The notes under the pieces were generated by a model. It searched no databases. It was not told the origin of the DNA and saw nothing but the letters and a program-made list of their open reading frames with translations. From positions 1,552 through 65,551 of the forward strand of contig JBIKWM010000015.1 of assembly GCA_044356305.1 (NCBI GenBank): a stretch of DNA of 64,000 bases, given 5' to 3'. Both the position numbers and the translations under genes were made by a program. The DNA is from Flavobacteriales bacterium. GTDB taxonomy: Bacteria; Bacteroidota; Bacteroidia; UBA10329. Positions 24,402 to 34,162 of the stretch are shown in pieces; the first letter of the stretch is position 1; each line of letters starts with the position of its first letter.

Positions 24402-25192
24402 GCAGAGAGACCATACGCGACCTGTTCATCATCCTCGGGGTGTTTGCAGCGCTGTGGGCGGTATTTGCACTGATGCCCTGGAAGTGCGAGACCCCCGAGC
24501 TGGGGCTGAGCATAGACCAGGAAAAGAAATTGGGCAAGATGCTGGTGGAGGATTGGATGATGGACGAGGGCGGATTGACGCTGCTGAAGGATTCGGTGGT
24601 CGATTCGGCTGTGGCGGTGATCAGTGAACGGCTCACCGAGGCGCTACCCGAAAGCGGCTACGACCATCATATCTGGGTGGTGCGCGAGGAACAGATCAAT
24701 GCCATGACCCTTCCGGGCGGCTACGTCCTGGTCAACTCAGGCCTCATTCGCTTCAGCGACAGCCCCGAAGAGGTGGCCGGGGTCATCGCCCACGAGCTGG
24801 GCCATGTGGAAAAGCGCCACGTGGTGAGCCGGATGGTGGGCGAGTTCGGGCTCCAGATCCTATTCTCGGTGATAACAGGAGGCGATGCTGTGATCCTGGG
24901 CGAACTGAGCCGAAGCCTGCTCAGCACCTTTTTCAGCCGCGAGCAGGAGGAGGAGGCCGATGCCTTTGCCTGGGACCTAATGTGCCGAAGCGGCAGTGAT
25001 CCCCGCGTACTGGCAACCTTCTTCCGCAAGCTGGAAGACGAGCACCCAAGCGGCCCCGATGCGCTCGAGATCCTGAGCACACACCCGCACAACGAGGCCA
25101 GGGTGCGCGCCACACTTGAAAAAGCTCTGCCTGACACGTTTGCAAAACGCCCAATTGACCTCGACTGGCAACGAGTCAAAACCCGACTTTGA
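24398..25192 (+). CDS. M48-family zinc metallopeptidase
   Basis: 264 aa with HELGHVEKRH (HExxH) and a downstream EEEAD. N-terminal signal/TM. The start overlaps the upstream stop (ATGA). Confidence 0.75.
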   Translation: MSRETIRDLFIILGVFAALWAVFALMPWKCETPELGLSIDQEKKLGKMLVEDWMMDEGGLTLLKDSVVDSAVAVISERLTEALPESGYDHHIWVVREEQINAMTLPGGYVLVNSGLIRFSDSPEEVAGVIAHELGHVEKRHVVSRMVGEFGLQILFSVITGGDAVILGELSRSLLSTFFSREQEEEADAFAWDLMCRSGSDPRVLATFFRKLEDEHPSGPDALEILSTHPHNEARVRATLEKALPDTFAKRPIDLDWQRVKTRL

Positions 25193-25229
25193 GGCGGTCG
25201 GCACAGCTATATTTGCAGCCGCGTCAAAG

Positions 25230-25302
25230 GCGGGAGTAGCTCAGTTGGTAGAGCATCAGCTTCCCAAGCTGAGGGTCGCGGGTTCGAGCCCCGTTTCCCG
25301 CT
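25230..25302 (+). tRNA. tRNA-Gly (anticodon CCC)
   Basis: GCGGGAGTAGCTCAGTTGGTAGAGCATCAGCTTCCCAAGCTGAGGGTCGCGGGTTCGAGCCCCGTTTCCCGCT. Confidence 0.85.
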
Positions 25303-25365
25303 CAGATTCATGTAGAAGGGTCGATTCGGATAGAATCGGCCTTTTTTATTCAGGTCAGCACGCTC

Positions 25366-25815
25366 TTACCTCTTCTTCTTGAAAAACTCTTTCAACAGGG
25401 CGCTGCACTCATCGGCCATCACTCCTCCTTTTACCAAGGTCTTGGGGTGCAGCAGCGGCACCCCTGTGCGCACATAACCGCGTTTCTCATCGTGCGCCCC
25501 AAATACTACCTTCGTTATCTGGCTCCAGAACAGGGCCCCGGCACACATGACGCACGGCTCGAGTGTCACATAGAGTGTGCATCCCTCCAGATACTTGCCA
25601 CCAATAGCACCAGCAGCAGATGTGATGGCCTGCATCTCGGCATGGGCCGTTACATCATTCAGCGCCTCTGTGAGGTTGTGCGCACGGGCTATTATCTGCC
25701 TACGGGCCACGATAACGGCACCTACCGGCACTTCATCACGGTCAAAGGCACGCTGAGCCTCCTTCAGGGCCTCGCGCATGTAATGCTCATCGCTGAAAAT
25801 ACTGAGTTCCATTAG
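25366..25815 (-). CDS. tadA: tRNA-specific adenosine deaminase
   Basis: CDA-fold motifs HAEMQAI and PCVMCAG. The longest ORF (to 25893) has a non-conserved leader. The Met at 25815 (MELSIFSDEHYMREAL) is the likely start. Confidence 0.85.
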   Translation of the reverse strand, partial: LMELSIFSDEHYMREALKEAQRAFDRDEVPVGAVIVARRQIIARAHNLTEALNDVTAHAEMQAITSAAGAIGGKYLEGCTLYVTLEPCVMCAGALFWSQITKVVFGAHDEKRGYVRTGVPLLHPKTLVKGGVMADECSALLKEFFKKKR

Positions 25816-25928
25816 CCTGCAAAGTTGATGATGAGAGCGGTGAATTGCCCGCTCAGAGGTCGATTCGCAGCCGTTGCCGCGCCCCACGGGCAATTGACTA
25901 CATTCGCGGTCGTATTAAAATGGCCTGA

Positions 25929-27671
25929 ATGCACCGTACACACACCTGTGGTGAACTGAGGAAAGACGATGCTGGCAAGGTGGTAACGCTTGCAGGCTGG
26001 GTGCAGCGCAGCCGCGATCTGGGGGGTATGACCTTTGTTGATCTGCGCGACCGTTACGGCATCACGCAGCTGGCCTTCAACCTTGACACCGATGCCGCAC
26101 TCTGCACCGCAGCCCGCAAACTGGGCCGCGAATTTGTTGTGAAGGCGGTTGGTACAGTACGAGAGCGCGAGAGCAAGAATCTGAATCTGCCAACCGGTGA
26201 GATTGAGTTGATCGTAACAGGATTCGAAGTGCTCAATGCGAGCAAGGTGCCACCATTCCTCATAGAGGATGAGACCGATGGAGGCGAAGACATCAGATAC
26301 CGTTTCCGCTATCTCGACCTGAGAAGATCCCAGATGCGCAAGCGCCTCGAGCTGCGCCACCGAATTGGCATGGCCATGCGCAATTTCCTCGATGGCCTGG
26401 GCTTCCTTGATGTCGAGACCCCTTTCCTGATCAAGAGCACACCAGAGGGCGCGCGCGATTTCGTGGTGCCCTCCCGAATGCACCAGGGCGAGTTCTATGC
26501 CCTTCCGCAGAGCCCACAGACCTTCAAGCAGCTGCTCATGGTGAGCGGCTACGACAGGTATTATCAGATTGTCCGCTGCTTCCGCGATGAGGACCTACGT
26601 GCCGACCGTCAGCCCGAGTTCACCCAACTCGACTGCGAAATGGCCTTCGTGGAGCGCGATGATGTGCTCGCCACCTTTGAGGGTCTGACTCGGCACATTT
26701 TCCAAGAAGTGAAGGGTTTTGACCCCGGCACCTTTCCTCGCATGAGCTATGCCGATGCCATGCGCCTGTACGGCAGCGACAAGCCTGACCTCCGCTTCGG
26801 AATGCCTTTTGTTGAGCTCAACCATCTGGCAAAGGGCGCGGGTTTCGGGGTGTTTGACGGTGCTGAACTGGTGGTGGGGATATGCGCAAAAGGCGCCTCC
26901 ACTTTTTCTCGTAAACAGATAGATAGCCTTATTGACCATGTGAAGCGCCCTCAGGTGGGCGCCAGCGGTGTGGTATGGTGCCGCCACGAGGCCGATGGCT
27001 CCTTCAGGAGCAGCGTGGACAAATACTATTCGCCCGAAAAACTGGCCCAATGGGGCAGTTCTTTCAGTTCAGAGCCGGGCGATCTGTTGCTGGTGTTGGC
27101 CGGGGCCAGAGACAAGGTACGTAAGCAGCTCAACGAACTACGCCTTTACATGGGCGACCAGCTCGGCCTGCGCGAACCGAACAAGTACATTCCACTGTGG
27201 GTGCTCGATTTTCCATTGTTGGAATGGGATGAGCAGAGCAGGCGCTTTCATGCCATGCACCATCCATTCACATCAGCACTGCCCGAGGACCTGCATCTGA
27301 TTGATACGAATCCAGAAAAGGTCAGGGCCAACGCCTATGACCTGGTCATAAACGGTGTGGAAATAGGAGGCGGGAGCATCCGGATTCACGACCGGGCCCA
27401 GCAACAGCGAATGTTCGACCTGCTCGGGTTCACCCGCGAAGAGGCCCAGGCCCAGTTCGGGTTCCTGCTCGGTGCATTTGAGTACGGGGCTCCACCCCAT
27501 GGAGGCCTCGCATTTGGTTTCGACCGTTTCACTGCCATTCTTGGCGGTCAGCACGACATCCGCGATTTCATTGCGTTCCCGAAGAACAATGCCGGCCGCG
27601 ATGTGATGATTGAATCACCTTCGGCCATAAACCCCGCCCAACTCGTAGAGCTCGGCATCACCATCAAATAA
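25929..27671 (+). CDS. aspS: Aspartate--tRNA ligase
   Basis: 580 aa. Class II aaRS with an N-terminal OB-fold anticodon-binding domain and the GGGSIRIH / GLAFGFDR motifs. Confidence 0.95.
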   Translation: MHRTHTCGELRKDDAGKVVTLAGWVQRSRDLGGMTFVDLRDRYGITQLAFNLDTDAALCTAARKLGREFVVKAVGTVRERESKNLNLPTGEIELIVTGFEVLNASKVPPFLIEDETDGGEDIRYRFRYLDLRRSQMRKRLELRHRIGMAMRNFLDGLGFLDVETPFLIKSTPEGARDFVVPSRMHQGEFYALPQSPQTFKQLLMVSGYDRYYQIVRCFRDEDLRADRQPEFTQLDCEMAFVERDDVLATFEGLTRHIFQEVKGFDPGTFPRMSYADAMRLYGSDKPDLRFGMPFVELNHLAKGAGFGVFDGAELVVGICAKGASTFSRKQIDSLIDHVKRPQVGASGVVWCRHEADGSFRSSVDKYYSPEKLAQWGSSFSSEPGDLLLVLAGARDKVRKQLNELRLYMGDQLGLREPNKYIPLWVLDFPLLEWDEQSRRFHAMHHPFTSALPEDLHLIDTNPEKVRANAYDLVINGVEIGGGSIRIHDRAQQQRMFDLLGFTREEAQAQFGFLLGAFEYGAPPHGGLAFGFDRFTAILGGQHDIRDFIAFPKNNAGRDVMIESPSAINPAQLVELGITIK

Positions 27672-27682
27672 TCCCATCCGTT

Positions 27683-28432
27683 TTGAGATCCCTTCTCCTA
27701 TCCATCGCAATAAGTCTTTCGCTTTCATCGTGCATGACGCGCAAGGACATATCATATTTTCAGAATCTGACCGATTCTACTGCCATTCAATCCATTAATC
27801 AGTCTATTGATGCAATCATTCAGCCTGGAGACCTCATCTCAGTTCATGTAACGAGCCTGAGCAAGGAGGCGAGCAGTTTTTTCAACACTCTTGACGACAA
27901 GGGTATTGAAGGGCCTGTGAGCTCCTATCTTGTAAGTGCCGCAGGGACAATTGACATTCCTCTTGTCGGTTCAGTCAAAGTGAGCGGTATGAGTGCCACC
28001 GGGGCCAAGGAAATTATAACCTCTGGCCTTTCAAAGTACCTTGTAGAACCTTCGGTTAGGGTGCGCATTCGCAATTTCAAAGTCACACTTCTGGGCGAAG
28101 TTTCGCGTCCAGGGGTGTACCCAATAGAAAATGCCAAGATTACATTAATTGAAGCTCTTGGGCTTGCTGGTGACCTGACCATATTCGGTCAAAGAGCAAA
28201 TGTCCTTATCATTAGAGAAGAGAACGGAGAACGTAAGTTCCTGCGGATAGATCTTAAGGATCAAGGACTATTTAACTCGGACTATTACTACCTGAAGAAC
28301 AATGATATTGTGTACGTAGAACCAGGCAAGGGAAAGATTGCCAGTGCCGATGCGGTGTACCGTTGGCTTCCGATAGTCCTGAGCGGACTGACAACCTTAG
28401 CATTGTTCATTCGAGCGGGAACCACGTTCTGA
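27683..28432 (+). CDS. Polysaccharide export protein (Wza-like OPX)
   Basis: 249 aa with a signal peptide and Poly_export/SLBB-type sequence (PGDLISVHV...IRIRNFKVTLLGEVSRPGVY). Confidence 0.75.
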   Translation: MRSLLLSIAISLSLSSCMTRKDISYFQNLTDSTAIQSINQSIDAIIQPGDLISVHVTSLSKEASSFFNTLDDKGIEGPVSSYLVSAAGTIDIPLVGSVKVSGMSATGAKEIITSGLSKYLVEPSVRVRIRNFKVTLLGEVSRPGVYPIENAKITLIEALGLAGDLTIFGQRANVLIIREENGERKFLRIDLKDQGLFNSDYYYLKNNDIVYVEPGKGKIASADAVYRWLPIVLSGLTTLALFIRAGTTF

Positions 28433-28474
28433 AAACCATAATGGCTCGAATAAAACCAAATAACTGACGCACTC

Positions 28475-30910
28475 ATGTCAAATCTGAAGACAAAGGGAGG
28501 GGGGGCAAAGAAAGACGAGGAGATAGACCTTGGGCGCCTGTTATGGGTAGCACTTGATAATTGGTATATCTTCTTAATATCACTTTTACTTTTTGGCATA
28601 GGAGGATATCTGTATATCTGGTATGCTCACCCTTCGTATGAAATGAAGGCCACCGTATTGGTCGGAGACCAGACGAACGACATTTCTCAAACTGTGTTGG
28701 AGGCGGTGGGAATGTCATCAAAGAACCAGAACATTGAGAATGAGATTTCCATCCTCACATCGAGGAGCATGATGACAAAGGCTACGGCCGTTTTAGATAT
28801 CAACTTCACGTACTTGGTAGATTACGGCCTGAAAAAGCGTGAATTATACCAGAAGACCCCCATTAAGGTAGAATTTATTCCAGATTCTGAAAAATCTGTC
28901 AAATCATTTCGGCTTGAGTTGAAGCTATATAAGGAAAACGACCAATTCAATGTGACCTTGTTCTCTATGAATCCTATTTCAAAGGAGGAGGTGGTCGTCT
29001 TAAAAAAAGACGGGTTTTTTGGTGAAGACCTTGCCTGTTATCTGGGGCACATCCGTATTAATAAAACAGACTCGTACGATGCTCTACTTGATGGAGATGA
29101 ATCACTTACCGATACATATGAAGTCATTTATCGTAGTACCGAGATGCTGGTAAGCGCCTATCTCGGCAAACTTAAAGTAGAACCAGCACGGCTCAAAGCG
29201 TCTATACTTCAACTCACCCTTGTTGACAATGTGCCAGCTAAAGGTGTGGATGTGCTGAATACTCTCTTAGATGTATATGTCAAAGCCAGCGTAGAGAAGA
29301 AAAACCAACTTGCCAGTAACTCACTCAGATTTGTAGAAGCCCAACTACAAGTGCTCATCACTGAGCTTGAGGCAATCGAAGCAGAGGTTCAGCAATTCAA
29401 GACAGTGAACGCAATAACTGACGTCAGCTCAGAAGCAAAGATATTTCTTGAAGAAGTTGGAGGCCTTGATAAACGACTGTCGGAACTTGCCTTACAGATA
29501 AGCCTGCTCGAACACTTGGAACAACATATCAAGCGCGATGGAAGCCTTGAGAATGCTTCCGCTTCCAGCTTTGGGATTCAGGACGCGATGCTACAGTCTC
29601 TGCTTTCAAATCTGCATGCTCTTAAAGTTGAGAGAGAAGGTGCTTTGAAATTCACGAAGGCCGACAACCCACTGGTTACATCTCTCGATGTTAAGATTAA
29701 TGAAAATAAAAAGGCAGTTTTTGAGACCCTATCTAACATTAAGACCAATTTGCTTGCGACCGAAGGTCAGGTAAAGCAACAAATGCGCATTGCTGAAGGC
29801 AAGGTGAAAGGCCTACCAAAAGCCGAGTACGACCTGCTCGCGCTTCAGCGCAAGTACTCTATCAAAGAAAGTATGTACGTCCTTTTGCTCGGAAAGAAGG
29901 CAGAGAACTCTATCCTTCTTGCCTCAACCGTGAGCGACCACCATGTGGTTGATCAAGCAATTGCTTCAACCTTACCAATTGGGCCAAATAAGCCGATGAT
30001 ATATATGGTCTGCCTGTTCCTTGGGCTGGGCTTGCCATTCATTTACGCTGCATGGCTCACATATTTTGATGACCAAATTAAGGACAAGAATGAGCTGTCT
30101 AGTCTTACGGACATCCCTCTGCTCGGAATCATCCCACACAATAGAGAAAGTGAGCTCTTGGTTGTGGGCAATAACAGTAATTCGCCCATAGCAGAATCTT
30201 TCAGGGCTGTTAGGACTAACCTTGGATTCTTGTCTGTAAAAGAAAACTATGGTCCAAAAACAAACGAAAAGGTAGTGCAGTTCACATCTTCAGTGGGGTC
30301 AGAGGGCAAATCCTTCTGTTCCCTTAATTTGGCTGCTTCCTTGGCTATCAGTGGCAAAAAAATCATTATAATAGGTCTTGACCTTAGAAAACCGAAACTC
30401 GCAGAGTATTTCAACGTCTCGAACGATATAGGAGCTAGTTCCATTCTTGCCGGGCACTGTAGTGTTGATGAAGCAATAATAAACTCTGGAATTGAGAATC
30501 TTGATGTTATTGTTGCCGGTCCAATACCCCCCAATCCTTCAGAGCTTTTAATGAGTGAGAGAATGCAGCAGTTCATCAACGAGCTTTGCTCACGCTATGA
30601 CGGAGTAGTGCTTGATACCCCTCCGATTGGCCTGGTCACTGACAGTATGATAACAGCAGAATACGCTGCAGTCAGCATTTATCTAGTTCGTCAAGGTCAC
30701 AGCAAACGCGGAGGTCTGGAATACATTAACGATCTCTATGTCAATGGAAAAGTAAAGAACCTTGCAATTCTGTTTAACGATGTAAAGATGTCCAGGTTCG
30801 GCTATGGATATGGGTATGGATATGGCTACGGATATGGCTATGGGTATGGCTACGGTTACTACAGTCAAGAAAAAAGAAAAAGCTTCTTTGCAAGACTTTT
30901 CAACCTTTGA
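28475..30910 (+). CDS. Polysaccharide co-polymerase / tyrosine autokinase (Wzc-like), with a C-terminal (Gly-Tyr)10 tail
   Basis: 811 aa. Two TM segments flank a coiled-coil periplasmic domain. Cytoplasmic ATPase domain (FTSSVGSEGKSFCSLNLAASLA, VVLDTPP). Tyr-rich tail GYGYGYGYGYGYGYGYGYGYY. Confidence 0.8.
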   Translation: MSNLKTKGGGAKKDEEIDLGRLLWVALDNWYIFLISLLLFGIGGYLYIWYAHPSYEMKATVLVGDQTNDISQTVLEAVGMSSKNQNIENEISILTSRSMMTKATAVLDINFTYLVDYGLKKRELYQKTPIKVEFIPDSEKSVKSFRLELKLYKENDQFNVTLFSMNPISKEEVVVLKKDGFFGEDLACYLGHIRINKTDSYDALLDGDESLTDTYEVIYRSTEMLVSAYLGKLKVEPARLKASILQLTLVDNVPAKGVDVLNTLLDVYVKASVEKKNQLASNSLRFVEAQLQVLITELEAIEAEVQQFKTVNAITDVSSEAKIFLEEVGGLDKRLSELALQISLLEHLEQHIKRDGSLENASASSFGIQDAMLQSLLSNLHALKVEREGALKFTKADNPLVTSLDVKINENKKAVFETLSNIKTNLLATEGQVKQQMRIAEGKVKGLPKAEYDLLALQRKYSIKESMYVLLLGKKAENSILLASTVSDHHVVDQAIASTLPIGPNKPMIYMVCLFLGLGLPFIYAAWLTYFDDQIKDKNELSSLTDIPLLGIIPHNRESELLVVGNNSNSPIAESFRAVRTNLGFLSVKENYGPKTNEKVVQFTSSVGSEGKSFCSLNLAASLAISGKKIIIIGLDLRKPKLAEYFNVSNDIGASSILAGHCSVDEAIINSGIENLDVIVAGPIPPNPSELLMSERMQQFINELCSRYDGVVLDTPPIGLVTDSMITAEYAAVSIYLVRQGHSKRGGLEYINDLYVNGKVKNLAILFNDVKMSRFGYGYGYGYGYGYGYGYGYGYYSQEKRKSFFARLFNL
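30800..30862 (+). repeat. Hexanucleotide (GGN-TAY) x10 tandem repeat encoding the (GY)n tail
   Basis: ggctat ggatat gggtat ggatat ggctac ggatat ggctat gggtat ggctac ggttac. Confidence 0.9.
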
Positions 30911-31116
30911 CTTATTTATAAATCTCAGGTTGGCAATAATTTTCAGATTTATTTATCTGAGCTCGAATTCAATTCGCAATAAGACGGCACCGACTGCGAT
31001 ATAGTACACCTCGATCGGTACACTCTCGTACTGCTTGCTACTTCCATTTTAACTACTCTGAAACCTGTCAATAAGAATAAAGTAGCTTAATTCCAAAAGA
31101 TCAATCATTACTTCAC

Positions 31117-32781
31117 TCAGAACCCGTAACCAACCGAAAAACCAATGGTGTGCGGACTTGCATACACAACATTAGGAAGGGTGGTACCAGCCAATGGGCC
31201 ATTCTCCTTAAGGTAACCATAAGTTGCTGTGACGCTCAAGCTTTGAACGATTTCATATGCTACAGTCAATCTTCCTGATAGCCTTGAAAGCTCTGTGCTT
31301 GACATGAAAGGGATTCCCTTTCCATCAGACCCACGCTCATATGTCGAACCTGGGCCTTTGAGTATATAGGTCATATCTGCTTTAACCCGAAATCGAGGAA
31401 CGGGCTTCACCCATAGGGCCGCATAAATCTCCTGGGCATTCTCTCCAAGGTAGTGCCCCAGACCATAGCTATTGCTCGAATATGTCGATACATCGAAGAA
31501 GTGTCGATATGCAACAGGGTTTGTTCGGGTGTACTCAATCACAATACTCGTATTTATTTTCCAAGGTAAAGACACTCTGGTTCCCATCTTCAAGCTAATA
31601 TGGTTTGACTGCTTCTGGGAATTGAACATGTTACTGATGCTCATCTCATCCACGAACACACTCAAATACAACTCTGTATATTTGAGCTGCCTACTCACCA
31701 AGTTAATGAACATTTGAGAGTTCTGGCCTCTGAAATTATGGTTAGAACCAGTACTGTTAAGAGTGTGGTCAACTGATTTATAGAAAAGGAATGGAATCAG
31801 ATACACTGGATTGAATTTGTCTGAATAGACAATTGAATTTCCAAATGTGAAATATAAGCGCTTCATAGGCCGAAATGTCCAAAGGTTGGCGGCAATATAC
31901 TTATCTCTAAAAACAGTGCGTAGCTCACCATTAGACTGCATATAGCTCGCTGTGCTGTCTATCACATCACTCACAAGCCAACCGTGCAAATATTCAAAAC
32001 TGAACCACTTGACCGGGTTAAGAGTAAGCCTTATCATCGGGAATGACGGAGTCCTTCCTGAAAGTATGTTGGAGCCATTATATGAGCTGCCCCAAACCAC
32101 ATTGTCCTTAACCACTCCAATGCTACCCCATTTGTTTGAAACAATGAAACCTCCTCTCATCTCGCTAAAATCGGTGCCCTTATAATTGGCGCCCATGCGA
32201 AGATTCAAGAATGCCGGATCAGATAGGTTAATTGACTCAGAATAGTCACGCAGGTCGGCGTAGAAGCCCAGGTGCTTGCCTATATAAGACTGAACTGATG
32301 CCCCAATGCGTCTCTGATAATAAAAGGATCCCCCAGTATACCATCCTTCAGCTCCCAATATTGGGTTCACGGTCAATGTGAATAATGAATCGCGGTAAAA
32401 GATCATGTCGTGCCTGCGTTGTCTTCTCCGCAAAGGGAACATACTGCCCCGTTTAAGTCCCTTACCAAAAAAATCGAACCCCTTGTATCCATCTGCCTCT
32501 TTGATATATTCCTGCATCATAAAAGACAACTCAGCCCTCTGCCTTCGGTTGAGGGTGCTATCTCTCTTCGCTACCTCAATCAGGTATCGGCTTATCTGTT
32601 TACGGCTCAAAGGCAATGCCACATCATTAAGGTCAACGGCCTTAATAGTTGACATCTCTTTTAGGAATTCATAGATACTCTCGTCAGATACATGTTGATA
32701 CACAACCTGACCTCTTACAGAGTTACTGCAAATCGCAAACGCAAAGACGAGCACTGCGACTCGCTCAAAAGGCGTTCTCAT
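31117..32781 (-). CDS. Outer-membrane beta-barrel protein, capsule-assembly Wzi-like
   Basis: Signal peptide from the Met at 32781 (MRTPFERVAVLVFAFAICSNSVRG). Alpha-helical N-terminal region followed by a beta-barrel ending in aromatic ...VGYGF. Convergent with the Wza/Wzc genes. Confidence 0.4.
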   Translation of the reverse strand: MRTPFERVAVLVFAFAICSNSVRGQVVYQHVSDESIYEFLKEMSTIKAVDLNDVALPLSRKQISRYLIEVAKRDSTLNRRQRAELSFMMQEYIKEADGYKGFDFFGKGLKRGSMFPLRRRQRRHDMIFYRDSLFTLTVNPILGAEGWYTGGSFYYQRRIGASVQSYIGKHLGFYADLRDYSESINLSDPAFLNLRMGANYKGTDFSEMRGGFIVSNKWGSIGVVKDNVVWGSSYNGSNILSGRTPSFPMIRLTLNPVKWFSFEYLHGWLVSDVIDSTASYMQSNGELRTVFRDKYIAANLWTFRPMKRLYFTFGNSIVYSDKFNPVYLIPFLFYKSVDHTLNSTGSNHNFRGQNSQMFINLVSRQLKYTELYLSVFVDEMSISNMFNSQKQSNHISLKMGTRVSLPWKINTSIVIEYTRTNPVAYRHFFDVSTYSSNSYGLGHYLGENAQEIYAALWVKPVPRFRVKADMTYILKGPGSTYERGSDGKGIPFMSSTELSRLSGRLTVAYEIVQSLSVTATYGYLKENGPLAGTTLPNVVYASPHTIGFSVGYGF

Positions 32782-34150
32782 GGACTTTCTTGCCGAAGAC
32801 AGTGAGAAAGACGACTTTAAAGTCAAGCCATAGGCTCCAATTTTCGATGTACCACAAATCATGCTTTGTCCGATTATACTTTTGGTCATAGGTCTCTGTA
32901 GGGCCTCTCCAGCCATTCACTTGTGCCCAACCCGTTATACCAGGTTTAATATAATGACGAATCATGTATCCGTCAACATCACGCTGAAAATCCTCGTTCA
33001 AAAGGGTTCGATGTGGTCGTGGCCCTACAACACTCATATCGCTCAAAAGGACATTTATAAACTGGGGCATCTCATCAATACTGTACTTGCGCATGAAACG
33101 GCCGATGCGTGTCACTCTTGGATCATCCTTAACGGTGCTTTGGGTATTGTTTTGTGCCGGGGCGTTCTGACGCATGCTCCGAAACTTGAAACACTTGAAA
33201 GGTCTACCTCCTTGCCCAATGCGCTCAGGCACATAAAACACAGGGCCAGGGCTCTCAAATAGAATTAGTAGCGATATGACCATCAGAACGGGTGAGAGTA
33301 TAACAAGAACACATGACGCGAAAATCAAATCAAACAAACGCTTCAATAATTTATTAACGAGATTGTCCAATGGAACTTCTCTTACATTCACGATTGGAAG
33401 GTCACCCACGCGATGGAACACGTAAGAAGCATTAAAAATTCGGTAATAATCGGGTATAAGGCGAATCCTGATGCCATGGAAATCAGCGATATCAACGACT
33501 GATTTAATCTTCTCCTCAGCAGACACGGGGAGTGCCAGATAAACTTCATCTATATCGTACTTCTCAATGACACCCTCGAGTATATCCAATGGACCAAGCT
33601 GAAGCTCAACAGGTGTATCTGAACCAACGAAATCATCGTCAAGAAATCCTATGACACGGTAGCCCAAAGCCGGATTTGAGACCATGAAACGGTAAACCTT
33701 AGTTCCCACTCTACCCGCCCCGAGCACTAGTACCTTTACCATGTGCCTGCCCCGCTGCCTCATGATTCTCAAATACTGATATAGAGCCACATAACCGAAA
33801 TTGCGCAATAGGAAAAAAATCCCGATGGTACCGAAAATCATCAGCCGTGAGTACAGCTCAATATTGAACAATAGGATACCTACAGAGACCGCTCCGCTGA
33901 GCATGAGGAAATCAATAATCTGAATTCTCACCCGAGAACTTACACGTTCGCGGAAGGCTAAGTTCTGATTGCTGAAAAACAAGACTATTGCTGTCCATCC
34001 AACTGAAATGACCAAGAGGGCGAAATAAGCATTAGGTCTGGGGCTGAGGTTTCCGAATTTGACCAACCCTGCCAGGTAGAACGAGATGACAATAAGGAAC
34101 AAGTCATACACAAGAAAATATCCAACCAGCCTCTTGTCTCTCTGAAGCAT
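32765..34150 (-). CDS. Undecaprenyl-phosphate sugar-1-phosphate transferase (WbaP/WcaJ family initiating enzyme)
   Basis: N-terminal TM bundle, CoA-binding-like domain, and the Bac_transf domain (PGPVFYVPERIGQGGRPFKCFKFRSM...DEMPQF...VVGPRP). The longest ORF runs to 34267. The Met at 34150 avoids overlap with the divergent gene. Confidence 0.8.
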   Translation of the reverse strand: MLQRDKRLVGYFLVYDLFLIVISFYLAGLVKFGNLSPRPNAYFALLVISVGWTAIVLFFSNQNLAFRERVSSRVRIQIIDFLMLSGAVSVGILLFNIELYSRLMIFGTIGIFFLLRNFGYVALYQYLRIMRQRGRHMVKVLVLGAGRVGTKVYRFMVSNPALGYRVIGFLDDDFVGSDTPVELQLGPLDILEGVIEKYDIDEVYLALPVSAEEKIKSVVDIADFHGIRIRLIPDYYRIFNASYVFHRVGDLPIVNVREVPLDNLVNKLLKRLFDLIFASCVLVILSPVLMVISLLILFESPGPVFYVPERIGQGGRPFKCFKFRSMRQNAPAQNNTQSTVKDDPRVTRIGRFMRKYSIDEMPQFINVLLSDMSVVGPRPHRTLLNEDFQRDVDGYMIRHYIKPGITGWAQVNGWRGPTETYDQKYNRTKHDLWYIENWSLWLDFKVVFLTVFGKKVHENAF

Positions 34151-34162
34151 CCCCTTCTGCTC

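Noticed and set aside
30797-30870. Tandem repeat considered as a possible CRISPR/minisatellite outside coding sequence
   Set aside because: It is in frame within the Wzc-like gene and encodes the (GY)n tail. The units are 6 nt with no spacers.
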